Positions 53,956-63,316 of a stretch of DNA of 64,000 nt are shown here, one piece after another. Source of the DNA: Clostridia bacterium. GTDB taxonomy: Bacteria > Bacillota > Clostridia > Christensenellales > UBA1242. The translations under genes and the position numbers were made by a program. How positions within the stretch are numbered: the stretch's first letter is position 1; each line of letters begins with the position of its first letter. The stretch spans positions 249,159-313,158 of the forward strand of contig JAFQTP010000002.1 of NCBI GenBank assembly GCA_017409005.1. Reading direction: 5' to 3'. The notes under the pieces were generated by a model. That model worked only from the letters and a program-made list of their open reading frames with translations. It did not search any database and had not been told where the DNA came from.

Positions 53956-55410
53956 ATGAAAAAGTTGGGAATTTTATGTCATGTAACAAGTTTAATAAGC
54001 AAATTTGGTGTGGGCGATTTTGGTGAGTCCAGTTTTAACTTTATAAATTGTTTACGTGATAACAACATACAATTCTGGCAAATATTACCGCTAAATAACG
54101 TAAATTCCTATAATTGTCCATATGGCTCGTTGTCAACCGAAACAATTGACGAAATGTTTGTGGATTTAAACGATTTAATTTGTAAAGGGTTGTTAACACA
54201 AAAAGATGTTTCTAAATTAATAAAAAATTCTAACACCCCAAAAGTAAATTATAAATTTGTGCGTTCCGAAAAGTTAAAACTTTTTACAAAAGCATATAAG
54301 GCTTTAACAAAACCAGAACTTGCCAAATTACAAGCATATGCACTTAAAAATCCGGTTATTTTTAATTACGCTTACTACAAAACTTGGCTTGAAGTTGCCA
54401 GAGTTTATTCGTGGCGTGATATTAATAAGGTATATTGGAATCCAAACAACCTAGCAAGCAAAAAGTTTATAGAAGAAAATAAATATGTTTTTACAAAATA
54501 TATTTTCTTTCAAAAAACACTTTTCGAACAATGGGCACAGGTTAAAAAGTATGCAAACAAAAATGGGATAAAAATTATTGGCGACCTTCCAATTTATTCC
54601 GATAAAGACTCGGTTGATGTGTTTTTAAACCATAAAAACTTTTTGCTGGGCACCAACTATTTGCCACTTGCAACAGGTGGAACTCCGCCAGATGGGTTTA
54701 ACACAGCTGGTCAGGATTGGGGCACTTGTGTTTGGAATTGGAATTATTTAAAGAAAACCAATTACGAATATTTAATTAACCGAATTGTTAATGCACACAA
54801 AAAGTTTGATTATTTAAGGTTAGACCATTTTCCGGGGTTGGTTGAATATTATGCTAATTCAAAGGTTAAAGGCGTTAGGTCGGCATATTTTAAAGGTGGC
54901 GGACTAAGGTTTTTTACTGAACTTGGTAAAAATGTTAACACAAACAACTTAATTATTGAAGATTTGTTTGCTATGACACCTGATTGTCTTGCGGTTAAAA
55001 ACTTATTTAAATTAAAAGGCATGAATGTTTTGCAGTTTGGGTTTGATACAGATACAAACAATCCACACTTGCCACAAAATGTTTCAAAAAACACAGTTTA
55101 CTATTTGGGAACACACGATAACAACACCTTTTTGGGGTTTTTAAATGGCTTAAATCGTGAACAAACAAAAACTGTTGCAAATTTATTAAATTCAAAAACA
55201 ATAATAAAAAAAGATATTGTAATAAGCGCAATAAATAGCATGATGGCAAGCAAAAGTGATATAATTATTTTGCAGGCGCAGGACCTACTAATGCAAGGCG
55301 AGGAACACCGCATGAACATTCCGGGTCAGGCTGCAAATTGTTGGGAATATAAACTTCCAATAAACTATAAATTTAAAATAAAACAAACATTACAAAAAAT
55401 TAGGAGATAA
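53956..55410 (+). CDS. malQ: 4-alpha-glucanotransferase (GH77 amylomaltase)
   Basis: 484 aa. YLRLDHFPGL, GDLPIY, IEDLF and LGTHDNNT blocks. Confidence 0.8.
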   Translation: MKKLGILCHVTSLISKFGVGDFGESSFNFINCLRDNNIQFWQILPLNNVNSYNCPYGSLSTETIDEMFVDLNDLICKGLLTQKDVSKLIKNSNTPKVNYKFVRSEKLKLFTKAYKALTKPELAKLQAYALKNPVIFNYAYYKTWLEVARVYSWRDINKVYWNPNNLASKKFIEENKYVFTKYIFFQKTLFEQWAQVKKYANKNGIKIIGDLPIYSDKDSVDVFLNHKNFLLGTNYLPLATGGTPPDGFNTAGQDWGTCVWNWNYLKKTNYEYLINRIVNAHKKFDYLRLDHFPGLVEYYANSKVKGVRSAYFKGGGLRFFTELGKNVNTNNLIIEDLFAMTPDCLAVKNLFKLKGMNVLQFGFDTDTNNPHLPQNVSKNTVYYLGTHDNNTFLGFLNGLNREQTKTVANLLNSKTIIKKDIVISAINSMMASKSDIIILQAQDLLMQGEEHRMNIPGQAANCWEYKLPINYKFKIKQTLQKIRR

Positions 55411-55411
55411 T

Positions 55412-56905
55412 ATGGTAACACTACTTATTTTAGACGGCTGGGGACTTAACGACAAATTTGAAGGAAATGCAATCAAATTGCAAGGAACACCTAATTTAGA
55501 TAAATTAAACAAATATCCTTATGCTACACTTGATGCAGCAGGTGAAGAGGTTGGTTTAACTCCAAATCAAATGGGCAACAGCGAAGTGGGGCATTTAAAT
55601 TTGGGAGCGGGCAGAATTGTTTATCAAGACCTTCCTAAAATTAATAAAGAAATTAAAGAAGGTTCATTTTTTGAAAATCCTGCATTAAAACAAACAATGC
55701 AACACGTTGTAAAAAATGGTTCTAATTTACATTTAATGGGTTTACTATCAGATGGCGGAGTTCATGCACACATTAACCACTTAAAGGCTCTTATTGATAT
55801 GGCTGAAAAGTATGGAGTTAAAAATGTTTATATTCATGCTTTCACAGATGGACGTGATACATTAGTTGATGCTGGCATTGGCTATGTTAATGAAATTGAA
55901 GAATATGCAAAGGGACGTGCAAAAATTGCAACCATTATGGGGCGTGTTCAAATTATGGACCGTGAAAATCGTTGGGATAGAATTGAAAGGTCGTATAATG
56001 TTTTGGTTAGGGGAATTGCCCCAAGTTGTGAAAGCGCTGTTGAAGCATTAAAACAAAGCTATAATAAGGGCGTTTTCGATGAGTTTGTTGAGCCAGTTGT
56101 TATTGATAAAAACGGCAAAATTTCTGAAAACGATGGTGTAATTTTTTATAACTATCGCACCGACAGGGCAAGGGAAATAACCGAAGCCATAACTCAAACT
56201 GGTTTTGATAAATTTAATGTTGAAAAATTTAACAATTTATGTTATTGCTGCATGACAGAATATTCTAGCGATTTTACCGGAGTATTAGTAGCATATCCAC
56301 CAGAAAAAGTTACAAACAACCTATCAAAACTTATTTCTGATAAAGGTTTAAAACAATTCCATGTTGCCGAAACAACAAAGTATGCACACGTAACGTTTTT
56401 CTTTAATGGTGGAATTGAAAAAGAATATAAAAATGAAACACGTAAATTAATTGATTCTATTAATGTTAAAGATTTTTCAGAATATCCACAAATGCGTGCA
56501 AAAGAAATAACCGAAGAGGCAGTTAAAGCAATTGAAAGCAAAAATTACGATTTTGTTTTAATTAACATATCAAACCCAGATATGATTGGTCATACTGGCA
56601 AAATTGATGCATGCAAACAAGCGGTTAAAGTTTGCGACGAATGTGCATATAAAATTGCAATGGCAACACTAAATGTTGGTGGCGATTGCATTATTACGGC
56701 AGACCACGGAAACATTGAAGAATTAATTGACGATGAGGGCAATGTTCAAACTGCTCATACAACAAATTTGGTTCCAGTTTGGTTGGTTAGCGAAAAACAC
56801 AAAAACGTTAAACTAAATAATGGTGCACTATGTAATGTTGCACCAACAGTGTTAAAACTTATGGGAATAGAAATTCCTAATTTTATGAAAAAACCATTGT
56901 TTTAA
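55412..56905 (+). CDS. gpmI: 2,3-bisphosphoglycerate-independent phosphoglycerate mutase
   Basis: 497 aa. LLILDGWG, NSEVGHLNLGAGR, SDGGVHAH and ADHGN blocks. Confidence 0.95.
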   Translation: MVTLLILDGWGLNDKFEGNAIKLQGTPNLDKLNKYPYATLDAAGEEVGLTPNQMGNSEVGHLNLGAGRIVYQDLPKINKEIKEGSFFENPALKQTMQHVVKNGSNLHLMGLLSDGGVHAHINHLKALIDMAEKYGVKNVYIHAFTDGRDTLVDAGIGYVNEIEEYAKGRAKIATIMGRVQIMDRENRWDRIERSYNVLVRGIAPSCESAVEALKQSYNKGVFDEFVEPVVIDKNGKISENDGVIFYNYRTDRAREITEAITQTGFDKFNVEKFNNLCYCCMTEYSSDFTGVLVAYPPEKVTNNLSKLISDKGLKQFHVAETTKYAHVTFFFNGGIEKEYKNETRKLIDSINVKDFSEYPQMRAKEITEEAVKAIESKNYDFVLINISNPDMIGHTGKIDACKQAVKVCDECAYKIAMATLNVGGDCIITADHGNIEELIDDEGNVQTAHTTNLVPVWLVSEKHKNVKLNNGALCNVAPTVLKLMGIEIPNFMKKPLF

Positions 56906-56922
56906 AGTTTAAAATGTTTAAC

Positions 56923-56955
56923 AAAAAAAGACCTATAATTAGGTCTTTTTTTTAT
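56923..56955. terminator. bidirectional intrinsic terminator
   Basis: aagaccta-taat-taggtctt hairpin with flanking A and T runs. Confidence 0.75.
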
Positions 56956-56978
56956 GCTTATAAACTAAAAATGTTTTA

Positions 56979-58226
56979 TTATTTTAAAACAACTTTCATA
57001 AAGTTCTTTTTGCCTTTTTTAATAATGCAAACTCCATCAGTAAAATCAGCTTCGGTTATTCCGTAGTTAAAATCTTTTTGAACTTCGCCATTAACAAGCA
57101 CGCCACCTTGCTCGCACATACGTCTGCCTTCGCTTTTAGATTGAACAAGTTTTGTTGTTGCAAGAACATCTACAAGTGTAATTGGAAGGTTAGATTTTTC
57201 AACCTCAAATGTTGGTGCATTATCTAAATTGCCTTGACCACTAAATAGTGCTTTGCTTGCCTCTTCGGCAATTTTAGCGTCTTCTTCGCCTCTAACAAAT
57301 TTTGTAATTTCATAACTTAACACTTTTTTTGCATTAACAATATCTTCGGCAATAAGTTTTCTAACTTCTTCCATATCAATATCGGTAAACAATGCAAACA
57401 TCATTTCAACACAAGCATCTGGTGTTTGGTAAACCCCTTGGTAAAAATCGTAAGCTGAAATTTTATCGCGGTCAATCCAAATTGCACCTTTTTCGGTTTT
57501 GCCCATCTTTTTGCCTTCTGGTGTTAAAAGTAGTGGGTTGGTTGCACCAACAAGTTGAATATCGGTTCCGTTTGCAAAGTTAAGTTTACGTTGAAGTTCA
57601 ACACCAGCAACAATGTTTCCCCATTGGTCGCCACCACCATATTGAAGGGTGCAACCATATTCACGGTTTAAATGAATAAAATCGTAAGCTTGCATTAGCA
57701 TGTAGCCCATTTCAAAAAAGGTTAGTCCGCCTTCTTCTAAGCGGTTTGCATAAATTTCGTTTGAAAGCATTTTATTAACGTTAAAATGAACACCAATTTC
57801 ACGCATAAAATCAATGTAATCATATCCGTTAAACCAATCGGCATTATTAACAATAACTGCAGGGTTTTCGCCCTCAAAATCTAAAAATACTTTTAATGTG
57901 TTTTTAATTTTTTCAATGTTTGAATTAATTTCTTCTTTAGTAAGCATTTTTCTTAGTTCGGTTTTGCCAGTTGGGTCGCCAACACATGCAGTTGCTCCGC
58001 CCATAAGCAAAATTACTTTGTGTCCAGCCTTTTGAAAACGACGCAAAATGCAATATGGCACGCAGTGTCCAATGTGTAAACTATCGGCAGTAGGGTCGGT
58101 ACCCTCATAAAGTGTAATTGGAGTTCCGCTTGAAAGCATTTCCATTAGTTTATCTTCGTCGGTGCACTGGTATAGCAGTCCACGGTCGTTTAATGTTTTA
58201 AATAAATTTGTATCAACTTTTGTCAT
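56979..58226 (-). CDS. tyrS: tyrosine--tRNA ligase
   Basis: Start trimmed to MTKVDTNLF (ATG 58226) behind AAGGAG. HIGH motif (SLHIGH), KMSKS-type KMGKT, and a C-terminal S4 domain. Confidence 0.95.
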   Translation of the reverse strand: MTKVDTNLFKTLNDRGLLYQCTDEDKLMEMLSSGTPITLYEGTDPTADSLHIGHCVPYCILRRFQKAGHKVILLMGGATACVGDPTGKTELRKMLTKEEINSNIEKIKNTLKVFLDFEGENPAVIVNNADWFNGYDYIDFMREIGVHFNVNKMLSNEIYANRLEEGGLTFFEMGYMLMQAYDFIHLNREYGCTLQYGGGDQWGNIVAGVELQRKLNFANGTDIQLVGATNPLLLTPEGKKMGKTEKGAIWIDRDKISAYDFYQGVYQTPDACVEMMFALFTDIDMEEVRKLIAEDIVNAKKVLSYEITKFVRGEEDAKIAEEASKALFSGQGNLDNAPTFEVEKSNLPITLVDVLATTKLVQSKSEGRRMCEQGGVLVNGEVQKDFNYGITEADFTDGVCIIKKGKKNFMKVVLK

Positions 58227-58227
58227 A

Positions 58228-58551
58228 TTATTCTCCTTTGCGCTCAACGCTTTTTAAATATATTTTTTTATCAAATGCACCACGCTTTTGTGCTTTTTGT
58301 TTTCTAATGTTTTCAACTTCGTTTAAATCTATGTTTTTTAGGTTTGCAATTGCATAAACCACTTCCATAAGGTCGGCAAGTTCCTCTGGGTCGTTTGCCT
58401 CAATAAATTCGTTAGCTTCTTCTAAAAGTTTTTTATTAAGTTCGCTTAAATATCGGTCGTCCTTTAAAGTTTCGTAATTTGGTTTGTCGCCACTTGCTTC
58501 AATAATTTCTGGTATCTTATCTCTAACAAGTTTATTGTAAACATCTGCCAT
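58228..58551 (-). CDS. MazG-like nucleoside triphosphate pyrophosphohydrolase (small all-alpha type)
   Basis: Start trimmed to MADVYNKLVRDKIPEII (ATG 58551) behind GAGGT. 107 aa, with an EEANEF...EELADLMEV acidic helix pair. Confidence 0.6.
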   Translation of the reverse strand: MADVYNKLVRDKIPEIIEASGDKPNYETLKDDRYLSELNKKLLEEANEFIEANDPEELADLMEVVYAIANLKNIDLNEVENIRKQKAQKRGAFDKKIYLKSVERKGE

Positions 58552-58565
58552 AATAAACCTCACAT

Positions 58566-58795
58566 AAAAAAGCACACCGCCTTAATTTTTAAGGACGAAG
58601 TGTGCTTTCGTGGTACCACCTTAATTCGTTTAAGTTAAACTTAAACCTTAATTAACTTTGTTAACGTAAAAGTTATACGACTTGCTCGCAAAGTGTAATT
58701 CAAAATTAATTTGTGAAAGTTTTTCAGCAACCAACTTCTCTCTAAACACATAAATTAATTTCTACTAAGTTTTGTTCAACGCAAGTAAAAACTAA
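58566..58795 (-). promoter_or_regulatory. T-box leader (tRNA-Tyr responsive, inferred)
   Basis: Minus strand carries AGAGAG, UAC-A candidate specifiers, the T-box sequence AAGGTGGTACCACG (58607-58620) and an overlapping terminator agcacac...gtgtgct followed by a T-run. Confidence 0.8.
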
Positions 58796-58799
58796 CCTC

Positions 58800-58828
58800 A
58801 TATTACCTAACTTTGCTTCAAATGTCAA
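58800..58828 (-). promoter_or_regulatory. promoter of the T-box operon
   Basis: Minus strand: TTGACA, 17-nt spacer, TAATAT. Confidence 0.6.
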
Positions 58829-58929
58829 TAAAAACATTAAAATTGCCAGTTTTTAACTTTATACAATTTGACTAAACCGGTTTAGTTTAGTAAAATATGT
58901 GTAATAATTAAAAGTGTGGGGTTACTATT

Positions 58930-59403
58930 ATGGCAACAAAAAACACAAAAAACGAACAACCTGTTGTTGAAACAGCAGTTCAAACCACTGCAGAAACAAA
59001 CACAACTGAAACCAAAAAACCAAAAATTCAATTAAACCGCTATCAAATTATAAGCATTGTTTGTGCTTCTCTTTTAGTTGCACTAGCACTTGGTGTTGGT
59101 ATTTATTTTATTGTTAAAGGGGCTAAAGAAAAAGACCCAGGTTATACTCCACCTGCAGTTGTTTTAACTGCCGATAACTACAATCAAATTACAAATGGTA
59201 TGACATACGCCGAAGTTTTCGAAATTTTAGGTTCTGGCAAACGTTCAACTAACAATGAAGTTGGTCAATTAAACTACACATGGCAAGACAACAGCGGACA
59301 CTATATTGTTATAACATTTACTGCAACAGCAGGAACAGGCGAAAACGCAGGTTTGGTTCCGGGCATTGTTATTTCTAAGGCACAAATCGGTATTTTAGAT
59401 TAA
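58930..59403 (+). CDS. membrane-anchored DUF3862-like protein
   Basis: 157 aa. A TM helix after a T/E-rich N-terminus. The ITNGMTYAEVFEILG block resembles DUF3862. Confidence 0.5.
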   Translation: MATKNTKNEQPVVETAVQTTAETNTTETKKPKIQLNRYQIISIVCASLLVALALGVGIYFIVKGAKEKDPGYTPPAVVLTADNYNQITNGMTYAEVFEILGSGKRSTNNEVGQLNYTWQDNSGHYIVITFTATAGTGENAGLVPGIVISKAQIGILD

Positions 59404-59529
59404 TTTTTTGTTGATAATTAAAAGCCAACCCAGCAGGGGTTTGTTTTTATTTTTATTTGTGTTGGGTATATTGAAAAAATGCTGTTAACATGTTAAAATA
59501 AATAAAATTAAAAAAAGGGATACAAAAAT

Positions 59530-61005
59530 ATGTCTCATGCACAATTAATAACCGATTTTAATAATGCACGAACAAACGACGATAGGGCAACAGTTATAAC
59601 TAACTACATTTTAACTTATCGCCGCAATATTGCTCCAGGAACAGCAGCCATTAGTAATTGCTTGTTTTTTAACGCGTCAGTTACTCCGCAAGATAGGAAA
59701 TATATTTTAAACAAAGTTAGGCGCGGTGTTGTTGCAGCTTTACAATTCGACTATCCTGAAATAGATAACACTAATTTAGGTTTTGATTTTGATAAATTAG
59801 AAGAGTTATCTAACAATTTTGATCAATCTTACTTAACTTCTAAAAAATGGCAGTCTCAACCTGTTTTGTTTGATTCTAATATTTTAGCAACATTAAACAT
59901 GGTTCCAAAAATTCCAATTAATTTTGCGGGTAGAGTTACTCCGGTAGATTATAACGATAAAAGCAACATAACAGTTTCAACTGTTCGAAATAGCGAATAT
60001 ATTTCAAACTCGGCGCAATTTTACATAGACCCACAACAAAAACATTTATTTTCAACAGTAACAACATTAACATTTACTCCTGTTAGTGCTACCTATGCTG
60101 CCGCAAATCCGGCACACCTAAGTGCAACAACACTTATGAACGATGCAAATTTTACAAGACAATTAGATGTTTGCACCTATGTTATACCCGAGGGCGACCC
60201 TAATAGGGCTATAAATATTATTCGTTACGATGGCACAGGTTTTCCACACAACAACCAGGTTTTTTATAGTCCGCAACATCAAAGAATAATTGGTTTAAGG
60301 GCGGAAGTTCCGCATTTTCATTTTCCTAGCCACATCGAAGCGTTGCTTTACACAAAAAAACAAAGTGCCAATCCTGCCGATAAAGGTTTTACATCGGCTG
60401 GTTGCAATGCAATTAGTTGTAAACAATTACAACAATATTTGCAATATCTAGATGGCTTAACTGAAACGCAACTACAAAACGAGAAATCTTATAACATGCC
60501 ATTTTTGTTAGCGAAAACTTCAAATGTAACTTACAATTTAAATATTAAACAAGTGTTAAATAACTATGTAAACACAGCAAGACACACCGAACTAACGGTT
60601 AACACCATGAGGCATATTGAAGATTTATATCGTGAAATGCAGTATATTCAAAATCCGTTAAGTGGCTCGGCAGACAACCCACAATCACCAACACCGCCAG
60701 GAACAAATCCAAGCAATAATCCAAATGTGGGTCCATTAATTACAAACCCAACTATAAACATTCCAGATGTTGGAAAAAACAAACCGCCAACAAAAACTTC
60801 TTCTTTTTCTGATTTAATTGTTGCTTTAGGCGTTTTGCAATTAGTTCACGACAAACAAGAGGCTGAAAAAAATTCAGTTGTTAAAGCTGAAATGGTTGCA
60901 TTAGAAGCTGTTGTTGCAAAATCGGTTATAGAATCTATGTCGTTCATTATTAACAACGTAAATCAACCTACACTAAAAAAAGATGAAGAAACCATGGGTG
61001 TTTAA
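59530..61005 (+). CDS. hypothetical protein with Pro-rich linker
   Basis: 491 aa. No TM helix and no motif I can place. VPHFHFPSH and a P/N-rich segment (QSPTPPGTNPSNNPNVGP). Confidence 0.55.
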   Translation: MSHAQLITDFNNARTNDDRATVITNYILTYRRNIAPGTAAISNCLFFNASVTPQDRKYILNKVRRGVVAALQFDYPEIDNTNLGFDFDKLEELSNNFDQSYLTSKKWQSQPVLFDSNILATLNMVPKIPINFAGRVTPVDYNDKSNITVSTVRNSEYISNSAQFYIDPQQKHLFSTVTTLTFTPVSATYAAANPAHLSATTLMNDANFTRQLDVCTYVIPEGDPNRAINIIRYDGTGFPHNNQVFYSPQHQRIIGLRAEVPHFHFPSHIEALLYTKKQSANPADKGFTSAGCNAISCKQLQQYLQYLDGLTETQLQNEKSYNMPFLLAKTSNVTYNLNIKQVLNNYVNTARHTELTVNTMRHIEDLYREMQYIQNPLSGSADNPQSPTPPGTNPSNNPNVGPLITNPTINIPDVGKNKPPTKTSSFSDLIVALGVLQLVHDKQEAEKNSVVKAEMVALEAVVAKSVIESMSFIINNVNQPTLKKDEETMGV

Positions 61006-61031
61006 TGGTGGGTGCTATTAAGGAAGTAAAC

Positions 61032-61406
61032 ATGTATAATTTAGAAGAATTAATTTCGTTACTAAAACAATATTCTAGTGGTTTAAAATTTAATAAACTC
61101 ATGAACGAACAATATTTTGTTGATACAGGGTTGTTTTTTATGAAAACCACTAATGGGTTGCCAATTTATTTGGTAAATAACAATGGTAAAACATATTTTG
61201 CCGACTACGGAAAAACCTTTTCCGATTTAGAAATACATTTTGAAAAACTTGATAAACAAACCCAAGTTTTAATTAGAAACAGATTAAAACGAATTGGTGT
61301 AATTTTTGATGGCTTAACTTTAAAATTTGAGGTTTTTCAAGGATTTGAAGTGGGAGCACTTAATGCAATGATAAGTGCAATGCTATTTATTGAAATGTTA
61401 GTTTAA
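61032..61406 (+). CDS. hypothetical protein (DUF1828-like pattern)
   Basis: Start trimmed to MYNLEELI (ATG 61032) behind AAGGAAG. 124 aa. GLPIYLVNNNGKTYFADYGKTFSDLE is reminiscent of DUF1828. Confidence 0.45.
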   Translation: MYNLEELISLLKQYSSGLKFNKLMNEQYFVDTGLFFMKTTNGLPIYLVNNNGKTYFADYGKTFSDLEIHFEKLDKQTQVLIRNRLKRIGVIFDGLTLKFEVFQGFEVGALNAMISAMLFIEMLV

Positions 61407-61439
61407 AAAAAGATGCAGATTTTCTGCATCTTTTTTTTG
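61405..61439. terminator. bidirectional intrinsic terminator
   Basis: agatgcaga-ttt-tctgcatct hairpin with flanking A and T runs. Confidence 0.8.
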
Positions 61440-63314
61440 TTAATTAAATTGGCTGTTGTAAAGGTTATAGTAAAATCCTTTTTGTTTCATAAGTTCGTTA
61501 TGGTTGCCTTGTTCAACAATGTCGCCTTTGTTAACAACCAAAATTTTGTCGGCATTAACAATGGTTGAAAGTCTATGTGCAATAACAAAACTTGTTCTGC
61601 CTTTCATGGCAACTTTCATTGCTTTTTGAATTAACACTTCGGTTCGTGTGTCAATGTTAGAAGTTGCTTCGTCTAAAATAATTAAATCTGGTTTTGCAAT
61701 TAAGGCACGCGCAATGGTAAGCAGTTGTTTTTGTCCTTGCGAAATGTTTGTTGCATTTTCGTTAATAATGGTGTCGTATCCATTTTCTAGGGTGGTAATA
61801 AAGTAGTGTGCGTGCACAGCTTTACAAACTTCAATCATTTCTTCGTCGGTGGCTTCAGGGTTGCCATATTTTAAGTTGTCTTTAATTGTTCCGCCAAACA
61901 ACCATGTATCTTGCAAAACCATTCCAATTTTTTGGCGTAAATTGCTTCTTGAAACGGTTTTAGTATCAATTCCATCAATGGTAATTTGTCCGTCGTTTAA
62001 TTCGTAGAAACGCATAATTAAATTAACAATTGTAGTTTTTCCGGCACCGGTTGGGCCAACTAAAGCAACCATTTGACCACTATCAATTTTGCAATTAACA
62101 TCATTTAATAAAATTTTGTTAGGATTGTAACCAAATGTTAAATTTTTAAATTCAACATCACCTTTTAATTTTGTAAATGTGTTGGTAACATTGTATGTTA
62201 CTTCTTCGGTTTCGTCTAAAATTTCAAAAACACGTTCGCAAGCAGCAAGTGTGGTTTGAAAAACATTAAAAATTTGAGCAAGTTGAGTAAGTGGTCGTGT
62301 AAATTGTTGGCTATACTCTAAAAATGTTACTAAATAACCAAACTCTAGGGCAAATTCAAAAATTCCAAAACCTTTTCCGCCTTGAGGTATGCCATTTAAA
62401 ATAAATATACAAGCAACCAAACTCAACACCACATATCCAAAATTTGTTGCAAAATTAATAAGTGGCATAAGTAGTCCTGCATAAAAATGGCTTTTTTGGC
62501 TACTTTCGTAAAGTTGATTGTTCATTTGCTCAAATTCTTCAATGGCTTTATCTTCGTTAGCATATGCTTTAACAGTTTTTTGGTTTGTGTAGGTTTCTTC
62601 AATGTGTCCGTTAACACGGCCAAGGTCTTTAGCTTGTCGGCTAAAATATTTTTGGCTGTGTTTCATAACAAAACGGCTAAGTATCATTGCAAGTGGCAAA
62701 AGCAGTAAAACAATTAGAGTTAACCAAACGTTAATTGTTAACATCATAACAAGCACGCCAACAACTGTTATAACGCAGTTAATTAATTGGTTTAAACTTT
62801 GTTGTAAACTTTGCTGAATGCTATCAACATCGTTAACAAACACGCTAAGCACGTCGCCAGTTTCACGAGTGTCGTAATAGTTTAATGGAAGTTTGTTTAG
62901 TTTTGTTTTTAGTTTTTCTCTAATACTATACGAAACTTTAACTGAAGCTTTTCCCATTAGAACTTGGCTAATCATGTTAAACACATAGTTTAAAGCATAT
63001 AAAACTGCCATAACAACTAAACACGTAATAATTGAGCCAAACGAGTTGCTGTTTGTTGCAAATAAACTAATTTCGGTTAGTGCTTTACCCATAATTTTAG
63101 GAATAAATACCGAAACAATTATTGCAATAGTTGAAAAAATTAAAGTTAAAATTAATGGTGTTTTAATAACATTTAATTCTTTAATGAATTTTTTTAAAGT
63201 GCCTTTAAAATCTTTTGGCTTTTCGCCAGCCCTAAGTCCAGGTGGACCACCGCCAGGTCCGCGTCCACCACGTGGACCACGCATAGGAGGATTATTATTT
63301 TTTTCTTCAGCCAT
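61440..63314 (-). CDS. ABC transporter permease/ATP-binding protein (exporter half)
   Basis: 624 aa. Gly/Pro/Arg-rich N-terminus and a six-TM domain. Walker A GPTGAGKTT, signature ISQGQKQ, Walker B LILDEATS. Confidence 0.9.
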   Translation of the reverse strand: MAEEKNNNPPMRGPRGGRGPGGGPPGLRAGEKPKDFKGTLKKFIKELNVIKTPLILTLIFSTIAIIVSVFIPKIMGKALTEISLFATNSNSFGSIITCLVVMAVLYALNYVFNMISQVLMGKASVKVSYSIREKLKTKLNKLPLNYYDTRETGDVLSVFVNDVDSIQQSLQQSLNQLINCVITVVGVLVMMLTINVWLTLIVLLLLPLAMILSRFVMKHSQKYFSRQAKDLGRVNGHIEETYTNQKTVKAYANEDKAIEEFEQMNNQLYESSQKSHFYAGLLMPLINFATNFGYVVLSLVACIFILNGIPQGGKGFGIFEFALEFGYLVTFLEYSQQFTRPLTQLAQIFNVFQTTLAACERVFEILDETEEVTYNVTNTFTKLKGDVEFKNLTFGYNPNKILLNDVNCKIDSGQMVALVGPTGAGKTTIVNLIMRFYELNDGQITIDGIDTKTVSRSNLRQKIGMVLQDTWLFGGTIKDNLKYGNPEATDEEMIEVCKAVHAHYFITTLENGYDTIINENATNISQGQKQLLTIARALIAKPDLIILDEATSNIDTRTEVLIQKAMKVAMKGRTSFVIAHRLSTIVNADKILVVNKGDIVEQGNHNELMKQKGFYYNLYNSQFN

Positions 63315-63316
63315 AA

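Noticed and set aside
32507-58551. Apparent enrichment of nucleotide house-cleaning enzymes (NUDIX, YjjX-like, RdgB, MazG-like) as a functional island
   Set aside because: The genes are dispersed over 26 kb among unrelated housekeeping operons, each with its own signals. All four are common core genes in small low-GC genomes.
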